Part shown: in pieces, positions 40,080 to 47,955 of the stretch
How positions within the stretch are numbered: the stretch's first letter is position 1
Layout of the letters: every line of letters starts with the position of its first letter
Assembly: GCA_964390485.1 (NCBI GenBank)
Contig: CAYMIS010000003.1
Span: 1,259 to 65,258, forward strand
From: an uncultured Roseburia sp.
GTDB taxonomy: Bacteria; Bacillota; Clostridia; Lachnospirales; Lachnospiraceae
Length of the DNA stretch: 64,000 nucleotides
Direction of reading: 5' to 3'
Translations under genes and position numbers: made by a program
The notes under the pieces: generated by a model
Told to the model about the DNA's origin: nothing
The model's input: the letters and a program-made list of their open reading frames with translations, nothing else
The model's database searches: none

Positions 40080-41504
40080 TTACTGGCGTATAAATGCCTG
40101 TAAAGCATCGTATGCAGCGATAGTCTTCTCGTAGTCTCCTTTTTGAACTGCCATTTTCATTCTAAGTGCTGTCGTCTTTACTTCAGAAGGCGCGTTCTTT
40201 GTCAGCTGTTTTACTGTTTCTGCAAACATCTCTGCTTTTTCCCAGTTCTCCATCTCCACTGAAAGAATCAGCTTTGATAATTTCTTTCGTATTTCCTCCA
40301 GATTCTCCGGCTCACCATATACCCAGACATTCTGACTTGCATCATCCTCACTCAGACTATAAATCTTGCTCATCACTTCCTGTTGTTCCATATTCATAGT
40401 CATTATCGTCTGTTCTCCAGCCGGCACCTCCAGCCAGATGCTAAAGGAAAACACCGTACCTTTTTTCCGTTCACTCTGGACACTGATTTTCCCATTCATC
40501 AGTTCTACCAGCTGCTTACAAATATATAGTCCTAATCCCGTTCCCCCATACTGACGGGAAATAGATGCATCTACCTGGGAAAAACTTTGAAAAAGCTTAT
40601 CCTGGTCTGCTTTGTCGATTCCAATTCCGGAATCAACGACCAAAAAGAATAACTCTATCTTATTATCCATTTGTGCAGTTTTTACTACCTCTAACATAAT
40701 CTTTCCTACTGCCGTAAATTTACATGCATTAGATAAAAGATTATTCAAAATCTGCACAACCCGAAGTTCATCTCCAATAACGACCTCTGGTATATCCGGT
40801 GATATTGTTACAAAAAAGTCTAATCCTTTTTCTGTAATCTTATTCTTATGATTACTCTTAACATAATCAATCATGTTACGAAAATGAAATTCACGAGGCT
40901 CTAATGTAAACTTTCCGGCATCCAGTTTTGAGAAATCCAGAATATTATTAATAATGGCATTCATGTCGTTACAACCGCGTTCAATCAGGCGAAGTAATTT
41001 TAAATTCGCTTCCTCCTGCTCGATTCCTAACAATTCTCTTGTGTTACCAAGGATACCATTTACCGGTGTTCTAAGTTCATGGGTTACATTCGCGACAAAT
41101 TCTGACTTAACCTTGCCAGCCTCTTCTGCCATCTGTCCCGCCTGACTTACCTGCTTCTCCAAATATTCCCGCTCTGTAATGTTATATCCAACAAAAATAT
41201 AAAGTGGAACTACCAGTTCATACTTCATCAGTCTTCCTCTGATTGGAAAATAAGTTGTATTCTGACGATATGCAGTCAGATTGTGGAGTTCTTCATCAAA
41301 AAAATCTTCTTTCAGACGCAAATCATCTGCTTCGAATATTTCCGGTATAAACTCCTTCACCATACCACCACGCATATCCCCTTCATATTGAAACTGCTCT
41401 AATGCCGATTGATTCGCATATGTAATTGTTCCGCTTTCATCAAAAACGATGATAACTTCAAGCGCATTTTCCACTAAGAATTGAATTAAAGCATTCTCCT
41501 GCAT
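40080..41504 (-). CDS. Cytoplasmic PAS-domain histidine kinase with a C-terminal HPt-like helical domain
   Basis: PAS (IIVFDESGTITYANQ); ANVTHELRTP; NACKFT; GGTGLGL. Confidence 0.88.
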   Translation of the reverse strand: MQENALIQFLVENALEVIIVFDESGTITYANQSALEQFQYEGDMRGGMVKEFIPEIFEADDLRLKEDFFDEELHNLTAYRQNTTYFPIRGRLMKYELVVPLYIFVGYNITEREYLEKQVSQAGQMAEEAGKVKSEFVANVTHELRTPVNGILGNTRELLGIEQEEANLKLLRLIERGCNDMNAIINNILDFSKLDAGKFTLEPREFHFRNMIDYVKSNHKNKITEKGLDFFVTISPDIPEVVIGDELRVVQILNNLLSNACKFTAVGKIMLEVVKTAQMDNKIELFFLVVDSGIGIDKADQDKLFQSFSQVDASISRQYGGTGLGLYICKQLVELMNGKISVQSERKKGTVFSFSIWLEVPAGEQTIMTMNMEQQEVMSKIYSLSEDDASQNVWVYGEPENLEEIRKKLSKLILSVEMENWEKAEMFAETVKQLTKNAPSEVKTTALRMKMAVQKGDYEKTIAAYDALQAFIRQ

Positions 41505-41524
41505 AGTTCTCTCCTAAATAACAC

Positions 41525-41566
41525 AAAAAGGAAACCACTAGGTATTATATGATACCAGCAGTCTCC
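41525..41566 (-). terminator. Terminator-like hairpin in the leader of the chemosensory cluster
   Basis: Minus strand GGAGACTGCTGGTAT-catata-ATACCTAGTGGTTTCC-TTTTT, with G.U pairs that form only on this strand. Confidence 0.6.
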
Positions 41567-41608
41567 TCATCTGCCTTTGAATAATATCTGCCTGCCTCTT
41601 TGGTCCAT
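41567..41608 (-). CDS. Putative 13-aa leader peptide MDQRGRQILFKGR
   Basis: GGAGGG 7 nt before ATG; stop codon abuts the terminator stem; TTGTTA...TATAAT promoter-like sequence upstream. Confidence 0.4.
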   Translation of the reverse strand: MDQRGRQILFKGR

Positions 41609-41764
41609 ATCTCGTCCCTCCAAAATGTCTATAACTAAATTATAGTAAAAATGTACCATTTTAACAAGAGAATTATCAAAAAAAATATATATTTTTCGTT
41701 CTTTTTTCCTATTTTTTACACAAAATACCTAATTATTTTCACGCTTTAATTCATTAACTCGATG

Positions 41765-43543
41765 CTATTCCATGATTTTTTGCAAAAGATATACTTTATT
41801 AAATGGAAAAGAAAAATAATAGCCATCCACAAAATCCTTTGTATATGCCATCATCTCCTTTGCAATTGCAACTCCAACGGCCTCTCCTTCTTCTTTGGAG
41901 GCATTTTCCGGATATCTTGCCACAATTTCATCCGTCACCGGCACTCCTGCAATCTCATTTTTCATAAACAATGCATTTTTCCGGCTGATTAATGGCATTA
42001 TTCCACACAAAATACGTGCTCCTGTCTCTTTCTTAATCAACCTGATTCTGTCTGCATCTTCCTTGGAAAATACCGGCTGGGTCAGGAAAAACTCTGCACC
42101 GGCTTCCATTTTCTTTACCACACGCTTTATCTCCACGTCTAAATTTCTTCGTCCCTGATTAATGGCACCTCCATAAGCAAGGGGCATCTGGGCAAAGGTT
42201 TCCTCATTCATATCCTGGGCAATTTTCATTAATCCCACCGAATCAAAATTAAATACCGGCTTTACTGTCTGTCTTACCATGGAAGGTACCGGATCACCGG
42301 TAATAATTAACATATTGTATATTCCATTAATGTGGGCACCTAAGAAGGTGGAACGCATCGCAATAGCGTTTTTATCACGGCAGCAGATATGAGGCATTAC
42401 TTCCAAGCCTGTTTCTAACTTTACCTTTCTTGCCATAAGAACGGAATCTACTCTGGTTCTTCCTGATGGGGAATCCGGGAAGGTCAATACATCTGCACCG
42501 GATTTTTGCAACAAATGGGCAGCCTCTAAAAGCTTCTCATCATCTGCATTTGCCGGTGGTGCTAATTCTACCGCAATTAGTTTTTTATTCTTTATATTCC
42601 CGTTTTCATCGTAGAAAAATCCCATCTTCTTTGGAACAATTTCCTGTTTTGGGGCTGCTTCTGTTTTCCTTTTACTTTTTTTAGCCGTACTGGAAAGCAG
42701 CTCTGATAACTCTTTGATATATGCCGGATTTGTACCACAGCAGCCACCTAATACATCAATTCCCAACTCTGCAATTTCTGCTGCTTTTTGTGCAAAATAA
42801 GCGGGCGTATTTCCAAACTGAATCTGCCGCTGTACCCGTCTTGGATACCCTGCATTTGGTAACGCAATAAGATGCTTTTTCTCTTGCAGGGAAATCTTTC
42901 GTAAAATCTGCTCCATATGTCCCGGGCCAATGCCACAATTTAACCCTACAGCATCAATTTCAGCTACCCCAGCCGCTTCCTGTAAAAGCTTTTTAGCACT
43001 TAAACCGGAATTACTGTAGCCAAACTGATTCACGGAAAATTGCAGCATGATAAAAATATCCTCTTGTTTTTTTATCTTTTTAATAACCGGCAGAACCATA
43101 TCCATATCTGCAAAGGTTTCAAAGGTCAGTATACGGATTCCTTCTTCCAAAAAGCTATGTACCATTGTTTCATACTGTGCCAGCAGTTCCTCTGTATCAA
43201 AGCTTCCATCATTCGGTATCGGACCAATATCACCTGCTATATAGACTTCTTTTTCCTGCGCCTTTACTGCCTGCTTTGCTAATACCGCAGCTGCATGGAT
43301 ATTCCTTTTTACTTCTTCCATATCCTGACGAAGAGCAACCCTATTTGCCGCAAAAGTATTCGTACGAATCAACTTTGCTCCTGCCTCAATATAAGCTCTA
43401 TGAATCTCAAGTACCCGCTCCGGGTATTTGATATTGGCCGCTTCGCAAATTTCCTCCGTCTGATATTTTTCTGCATAATAGGTTCCAAAGGAACCGTCTG
43501 TCAATATTCTGTTTTCTTTCAAATATTCCTGTATTCTCATCAT
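41765..43543 (-). CDS. Bifunctional homocysteine S-methyltransferase / methylenetetrahydrofolate reductase (YitJ-like)
   Basis: TNTF, GLNC, PNAG, GGCCGT; then VELAPP, HICCRDKN, ITGDP, KKMEAGAEFFLTQP. Confidence 0.92.
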   Translation of the reverse strand: MMRIQEYLKENRILTDGSFGTYYAEKYQTEEICEAANIKYPERVLEIHRAYIEAGAKLIRTNTFAANRVALRQDMEEVKRNIHAAAVLAKQAVKAQEKEVYIAGDIGPIPNDGSFDTEELLAQYETMVHSFLEEGIRILTFETFADMDMVLPVIKKIKKQEDIFIMLQFSVNQFGYSNSGLSAKKLLQEAAGVAEIDAVGLNCGIGPGHMEQILRKISLQEKKHLIALPNAGYPRRVQRQIQFGNTPAYFAQKAAEIAELGIDVLGGCCGTNPAYIKELSELLSSTAKKSKRKTEAAPKQEIVPKKMGFFYDENGNIKNKKLIAVELAPPANADDEKLLEAAHLLQKSGADVLTFPDSPSGRTRVDSVLMARKVKLETGLEVMPHICCRDKNAIAMRSTFLGAHINGIYNMLIITGDPVPSMVRQTVKPVFNFDSVGLMKIAQDMNEETFAQMPLAYGGAINQGRRNLDVEIKRVVKKMEAGAEFFLTQPVFSKEDADRIRLIKKETGARILCGIMPLISRKNALFMKNEIAGVPVTDEIVARYPENASKEEGEAVGVAIAKEMMAYTKDFVDGYYFSFPFNKVYLLQKIME

Positions 43544-43557
43544 TATCCTCTTTTTCT

Positions 43558-43995
43558 TTATTCATTTCCCTTATCATTATCCCGCAAATTACGAATAATT
43601 CTTGCTTCGTAAAAAATCGCAGTAATTAATATCAGTCCTGCTGTAATTAGGCTATAGGCAGCTTCTATCTGAAGTCCCATGACATCGCATATTGACGTAA
43701 ACAGCAGGCTCAAAATGAATATCAGTTTTATCAGGCGCACCATCCATATCGTATCCTGACGAATTTTCCCCTGACAGACCATACTGCTTAAACGATTGAC
43801 TTTTTCAGGAAAAAGCTGAAACAGCAATAATCCTGCATACACCAATAGAAACACCAGTATATTCATAATCAGCTTCCTAGGCGCAGCCTCGTATAAAATT
43901 CCATAATATATCTGCAATCCAAGATAAATCAGTGATGCAACAATTGCAATTGCTTCCACTAATAATCCGGCAATTGTCCAGTCTTTTCTTCGCAT
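43558..43995 (-). CDS. Hypothetical membrane protein (about 4 TM)
   Basis: Four hydrophobic segments; AAGGA RBS before ATG 43995. Confidence 0.7.
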   Translation of the reverse strand: MRRKDWTIAGLLVEAIAIVASLIYLGLQIYYGILYEAAPRKLIMNILVFLLVYAGLLLFQLFPEKVNRLSSMVCQGKIRQDTIWMVRLIKLIFILSLLFTSICDVMGLQIEAAYSLITAGLILITAIFYEARIIRNLRDNDKGNE

Positions 43996-44177
43996 TCTGT
44001 CATCATTCCTTTCTCTCTTTAACACTCCTAGCATACAATAAAAACTCTTTTCGGAAAAGTGATTTCTTTTGTATACACGTATTTTTCGTGAAATTAGATT
44101 ATCTTTTCTTGAAAAACAAAATTGCTGTGCTATAATAAGTAAGGTTATTTAACACTTTAAATTGAGGAGATACATAC

Positions 44178-44594
44178 ATGGAAAATTTAACGATTCCAAA
44201 GGATTATCATTCAGAATTGAACTTACATGATACACAGATTGCAATTAAGACTGTCAAGGACTTCTTTCAGAATCTTCTTGCATCCCGCCTTAACCTTTCG
44301 CGTGTCTCTGCACCACTTTTTGTTGATCCGGCTTCCGGATTAAATGACAACTTAAACGGCATCGAGCGCCCTGTTACCTTTGATATTTTAGAACAGAATG
44401 GTAAAGAAGCTGAGGTCGTTCAGTCCCGGCAATTGTCCAGTCTTTTCTTCGCATTCTGTCATCATTCCTTTCTCTCTTTAACACTCCTAGCATACAATAA
44501 AAACTCTTTTCGGAAAAGTGATTTCTTTTGTATACACGTATTTTTCGTGAAATTAGATTATCTTTTCTTGAAAAACAAAATTGCTGTGCTATAA
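44178..44594 (+). pseudogene. asnA: Truncated/chimeric asnA duplicate
   Basis: First ~83 aa identical to AsnA, then read-through into duplicated intergenic DNA. Confidence 0.75.
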
Positions 44595-44595
44595 T
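44568..44595 (+). promoter_or_regulatory. sigmaA promoter of asnA (second copy at 44109-44136)
   Basis: TTGAAA-16-TATAAT with extended TG. Confidence 0.6.
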
Positions 44596-44636
44596 AAGTA
44601 AGGTTATTTAACACTTTAAATTGAGGAGATACATAC

Positions 44637-45647
44637 ATGGAAAATTTAACGATTCCAAAGGATTATCATTCAGAATTGAACTTACATGATACACAGATTG
44701 CAATTAAGACTGTCAAGGACTTCTTTCAGAATCTTCTTGCATCCCGCCTTAACCTTTCGCGTGTCTCTGCACCACTTTTTGTTGATCCGGCTTCCGGATT
44801 AAATGACAACTTAAACGGCATCGAGCGCCCTGTTACCTTTGATATTTTAGAACAGAATGGTAAAGAAGCTGAGGTCGTTCAGTCCCTTGCTAAATGGAAA
44901 AGATATGCCCTTCAGAAATACGGTTTTACTTATGGTGAGGGCTTATACACAGATATGAACGCTATCCGCCGCGACGAAGTAACAGATAATATCCATTCTA
45001 TCTTCGTTGACCAGTGGGATTGGGAGAAAATTATTAAAAAAGAAGAACGTACTTTAGAAACTTTACAGGACGTTGTTAAAAATGTATACAAATGTCTGCG
45101 CAAAACAGAAAAGTATATGTCTATCCAGTACGATTATATTGAGGAAATCCTTCCTCACGATATTTTCTTTGTAACAACCCAGGAATTAGCGGATATGTTC
45201 CCGGATTCTACTCCAAAGGAACGTGAATACTACATCGCCAAAACAAAGGGCGCTGTATGTATTATGAAAATCGGCGATGTTTTAGAAAATGGAGAAAGAC
45301 ATGACGGTCGTGCACCGGACTATGATGACTGGTCTTTAAACGCAGATATTGTTGTTTACTATCCGGTTTTAGATATTGCATTAGAGCTTTCCTCTATGGG
45401 TATCCGTGTAGATAAAAAAGCTCTGCTCTCCCAGTTAAAGAAAGCCGGATGTGAAGACCGGAAAGACCTTGCATTCCAGAAGGCAATTATTAACGAAGAA
45501 CTTCCATACACTATCGGTGGCGGAATTGGTCAGTCCCGTATCTGTATGTTCTTCCTTCGTAAAGCTCACATCGGTGAGGTTCAGTCCTCCATGTGGCCGG
45601 AAGCTATTCAGAAAGAATGCGAAAAGAACGGTATTCAGCTTTTATAA
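44637..45647 (+). CDS. asnA: Aspartate--ammonia ligase
   Basis: [49 protein letters not shown]. Confidence 0.97.
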   Translation: MENLTIPKDYHSELNLHDTQIAIKTVKDFFQNLLASRLNLSRVSAPLFVDPASGLNDNLNGIERPVTFDILEQNGKEAEVVQSLAKWKRYALQKYGFTYGEGLYTDMNAIRRDEVTDNIHSIFVDQWDWEKIIKKEERTLETLQDVVKNVYKCLRKTEKYMSIQYDYIEEILPHDIFFVTTQELADMFPDSTPKEREYYIAKTKGAVCIMKIGDVLENGERHDGRAPDYDDWSLNADIVVYYPVLDIALELSSMGIRVDKKALLSQLKKAGCEDRKDLAFQKAIINEELPYTIGGGIGQSRICMFFLRKAHIGEVQSSMWPEAIQKECEKNGIQLL

Positions 45648-45651
45648 GATT

Positions 45652-45717
45652 AAAACCGAAAAACAGGGACGCAGCCTAAATTTCGAAATTTAGGCTGCGT
45701 CCCTGTTTTTCGGTTTT
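45652..45717. repeat. Perfect 66-bp palindrome built from two inverted REP-like units; probable bidirectional terminator
   Basis: aaaaccgaaaaacagggacgcagcctaaatttc|gaaatttaggctgcgtccctgtttttcggtttt, between convergent genes. Confidence 0.85.
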
Positions 45718-45746
45718 TCAGTCAGGCTGTATCTTATTTGACAATT

Positions 45747-46400
45747 TTAGCAAGGCCTTAAGCAGCAGCAATTGCAAAGCATATTAAGGAATAACATGCT
45801 TAAGCACCAGCTGCCGGAGCTGGAATATGGTCTGTCGTACTGACTTCCCATATTGGTATACCAGGTTCCACCATACTCCAGGTGTTGTAGAAACTGTCGG
45901 TATTCCATATTACTTGGTTCCATTTCCACTGCTCTGGAGGCATGCTGCTTTGCCACTATATTGTTGCCCATCCCCTGATTTGCTCTCGCGCTGTAATAGT
46001 ACCAGCGGGCATGACGCTCTGCAAAAGGGATTCCTTCTAAAACATTCAATGCTTCTGCATAGTGTCTGTTCATAATATAATTAGCTGCCGCCCGAAGTTT
46101 TGGAGAATCACTTCCCGTACTGTAGCTGCTATTGCTGCCACCATAATGGTAGCTGCCTGTATTCCCGGAAGTACGATAACCATAGCCATAACCACCATAA
46201 CTGCCGCCGGACTGTTTCTCCTTCATAATCTGGTCATAGGCCTGCTGTACTTCTTTAAACTTCTCCTCCGCCTGGGCCTTGTTCGGATTGTTTACGTTGG
46301 CATCCGGGTGATACTTGCGGCTTAAGTTACGATATGCCTTTTTTATTTCATCATCAGAAGCACTTGGTGATACACCAAGCACCTGGTAGGGATTCATCAT
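45747..46400 (-). CDS. J-domain protein with a TPR-like region and Cys-rich tail
   Basis: [24 protein letters not shown]; C-terminus [19 protein letters not shown]. Confidence 0.9.
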   Translation of the reverse strand: MMNPYQVLGVSPSASDDEIKKAYRNLSRKYHPDANVNNPNKAQAEEKFKEVQQAYDQIMKEKQSGGSYGGYGYGYRTSGNTGSYHYGGSNSSYSTGSDSPKLRAAANYIMNRHYAEALNVLEGIPFAERHARWYYYSARANQGMGNNIVAKQHASRAVEMEPSNMEYRQFLQHLEYGGTWYTNMGSQYDRPYSSSGSWCLSMLFLNMLCNCCCLRPC

Positions 46401-46414
46401 TTTAAAACCTCGTT

Positions 46415-47278
46415 TTATTTTACTTTCTTCTTAGAATTCTTTTCTTCTAACTTTTTCTTTTTTAACTGTAAATATTCATATTTAGACCAGACACCGGAAT
46501 ATAAAATATTCCGCAAAATATCTGCATGCAGCAAAATCGGCAGACGCTCGAAGGACTTGGCACACTCCGAAATCATACTTGTTAAAAGCAGTCGGCAGAT
46601 TGTATCAAATTCCTGTGTTCCCGCTTCCGGCATATAACTTAATGGATTATAGGTGCCCTTTTTCTTATCTGCCTCAAAATCCTCATAGGCATCCATCAGA
46701 TAAATAAACTTACCCATATAAAAACCAAGGGTACGAAGCTCCTCCTTCCATTCATCTTCCTTCCAGCAAAGCACCTCCCCCAACATCTCGCCGGTTAATC
46801 CTGCTACAATATCAAGGTTTGTTTCTTTTCGCTGCTCCGCCTCCATTGTTTTTTGCATATAAGTCTCAATCGCTTTTGTCTGTCTTGGATATTTTGCCAT
46901 AATCCGATTATAATCTTTATCTAAAATTTTAACAAAAGCTTTTTTGGCATAGGATTTATCATCCCGCCAGTCATCTAACATATTGTGATATGCCAGCAAA
47001 AGATTCATATCTGCTGCATAATCTGTTGCGGCATTAATCAGGGCTGTTCTTTTTTTTGTCGGATGAATTGGACAGGTAAATTCTGATTCCTCATTCTCTA
47101 ATTCATATAAGCCTGTTAAAAGTACAATCATAAAGGTGGAATCATAGCTTAACAACATCTGTCCCTTCGTTCCGCAATTTGTCTTCAGTTTCCGGCACAA
47201 GCCACAATAATATGACTGATACGCTTTTGCATTCTCTTCTGATAGTTCTAAACGGTTAATGTTAATATAGCCAAACAT
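46415..47278 (-). CDS. DUF5685-like protein
   Basis: [36 protein letters not shown] (family recalled, not searched). Confidence 0.75.
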   Translation of the reverse strand: MFGYININRLELSEENAKAYQSYYCGLCRKLKTNCGTKGQMLLSYDSTFMIVLLTGLYELENEESEFTCPIHPTKKRTALINAATDYAADMNLLLAYHNMLDDWRDDKSYAKKAFVKILDKDYNRIMAKYPRQTKAIETYMQKTMEAEQRKETNLDIVAGLTGEMLGEVLCWKEDEWKEELRTLGFYMGKFIYLMDAYEDFEADKKKGTYNPLSYMPEAGTQEFDTICRLLLTSMISECAKSFERLPILLHADILRNILYSGVWSKYEYLQLKKKKLEEKNSKKKVK

Positions 47279-47295
47279 CAGATTTTCTCCTTACA

Positions 47296-47703
47296 TCAGC
47301 TTTTTTTCACAAATTCGTTCCGGCATTTTGGACAGGTAATACAGATTTTTCCTCTGCCCTTTGGAACTCTTACTTTTTGTTTGCACTGCGGACACTTGAA
47401 AAAACGGTGTGTTTTACGCTGCGCCCAGTGCTTTTTGAAGGTATCCCACTTTACAACAGCGCGATATCTCATATTCACATATTTCTGATTCTCTGCATAA
47501 CGCTTTGAAATATTCTTAGAAAACATACGATAATAGGTAAGTATCATTAACAGTAATCCTAAAAGATAAAAGATTCCCCACCCACTAAACATGGAAATCA
47601 CAAAACAGACTAATACCAGTATCAGACTAAACTTTGACAGCTCATCTGCTCCATATCTGCCAATCATAAACCGCTGTACTTTTTCTCTCATATTTTTAAC
47701 CAT
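47296..47703 (-). CDS. Membrane protein with C-terminal zinc finger
   Basis: FMIGRYG.DEL, 2 TM, CPQC..RVPKGRGKI.ITCPKC. Confidence 0.8.
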   Translation of the reverse strand: MVKNMREKVQRFMIGRYGADELSKFSLILVLVCFVISMFSGWGIFYLLGLLLMILTYYRMFSKNISKRYAENQKYVNMRYRAVVKWDTFKKHWAQRKTHRFFKCPQCKQKVRVPKGRGKICITCPKCRNEFVKKS

Positions 47704-47731
47704 ACCTTTCTGCTAATGCATCCTATTTTTT

Positions 47732-47812
47732 GAAATTTAGGCTGCGTCCCTAGATTTCAAAATTTAGGCTACGTCCCCAGATTTCGAAATTTAGGCTGCG
47801 TCCCTGTTTTTC
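47732..47812. repeat. Three direct 27-bp REP-like units
   Basis: (g/a)aaatttaggct(g/a)cgtccc(t/c)agatttc with period 27 (third unit ends tgtttttc); degenerate copy near 47880. Confidence 0.85.
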
Positions 47813-47823
47813 ACTTTTGAATG

Positions 47824-47855
47824 AAAAACGGTACCTGCGCGAGGCACCGTTTTTT
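47824..47855. terminator. Intrinsic terminator downstream of the pilus locus
   Basis: aaaaacggtacct/aggcaccgttttt stem flanked by A and T runs. Confidence 0.65.
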
Positions 47856-47955
47856 GCCTATGAGACTATGTTAAACCCCAAATTTAGGAACGTCAACACA
47901 TCTATAGTCTTTTAAGAAACATTTTAGATTTTGGTAATATTTTGTTTTTTACTGC

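Larger units (their letters stand above)
43967..44886. repeat. 459-bp tandem duplication covering the divergent promoter region and the asnA 5' end
   Basis: 43967-44427 matches 44426-44886; 2-bp CC junction overlap. Confidence 0.9.

Noticed and set aside
43545-44170. SAM riboswitch or T-box ahead of the yitJ-like gene or asnA
   Set aside because: The leaders are short, and no S-box core or T-box sequence was recognisable.
47732-47812. 27-bp periodic repeats as a CRISPR array (also 23165-23272)
   Set aside because: Units abut with no unique spacers, occur in both orientations, and there are no cas genes in the window.
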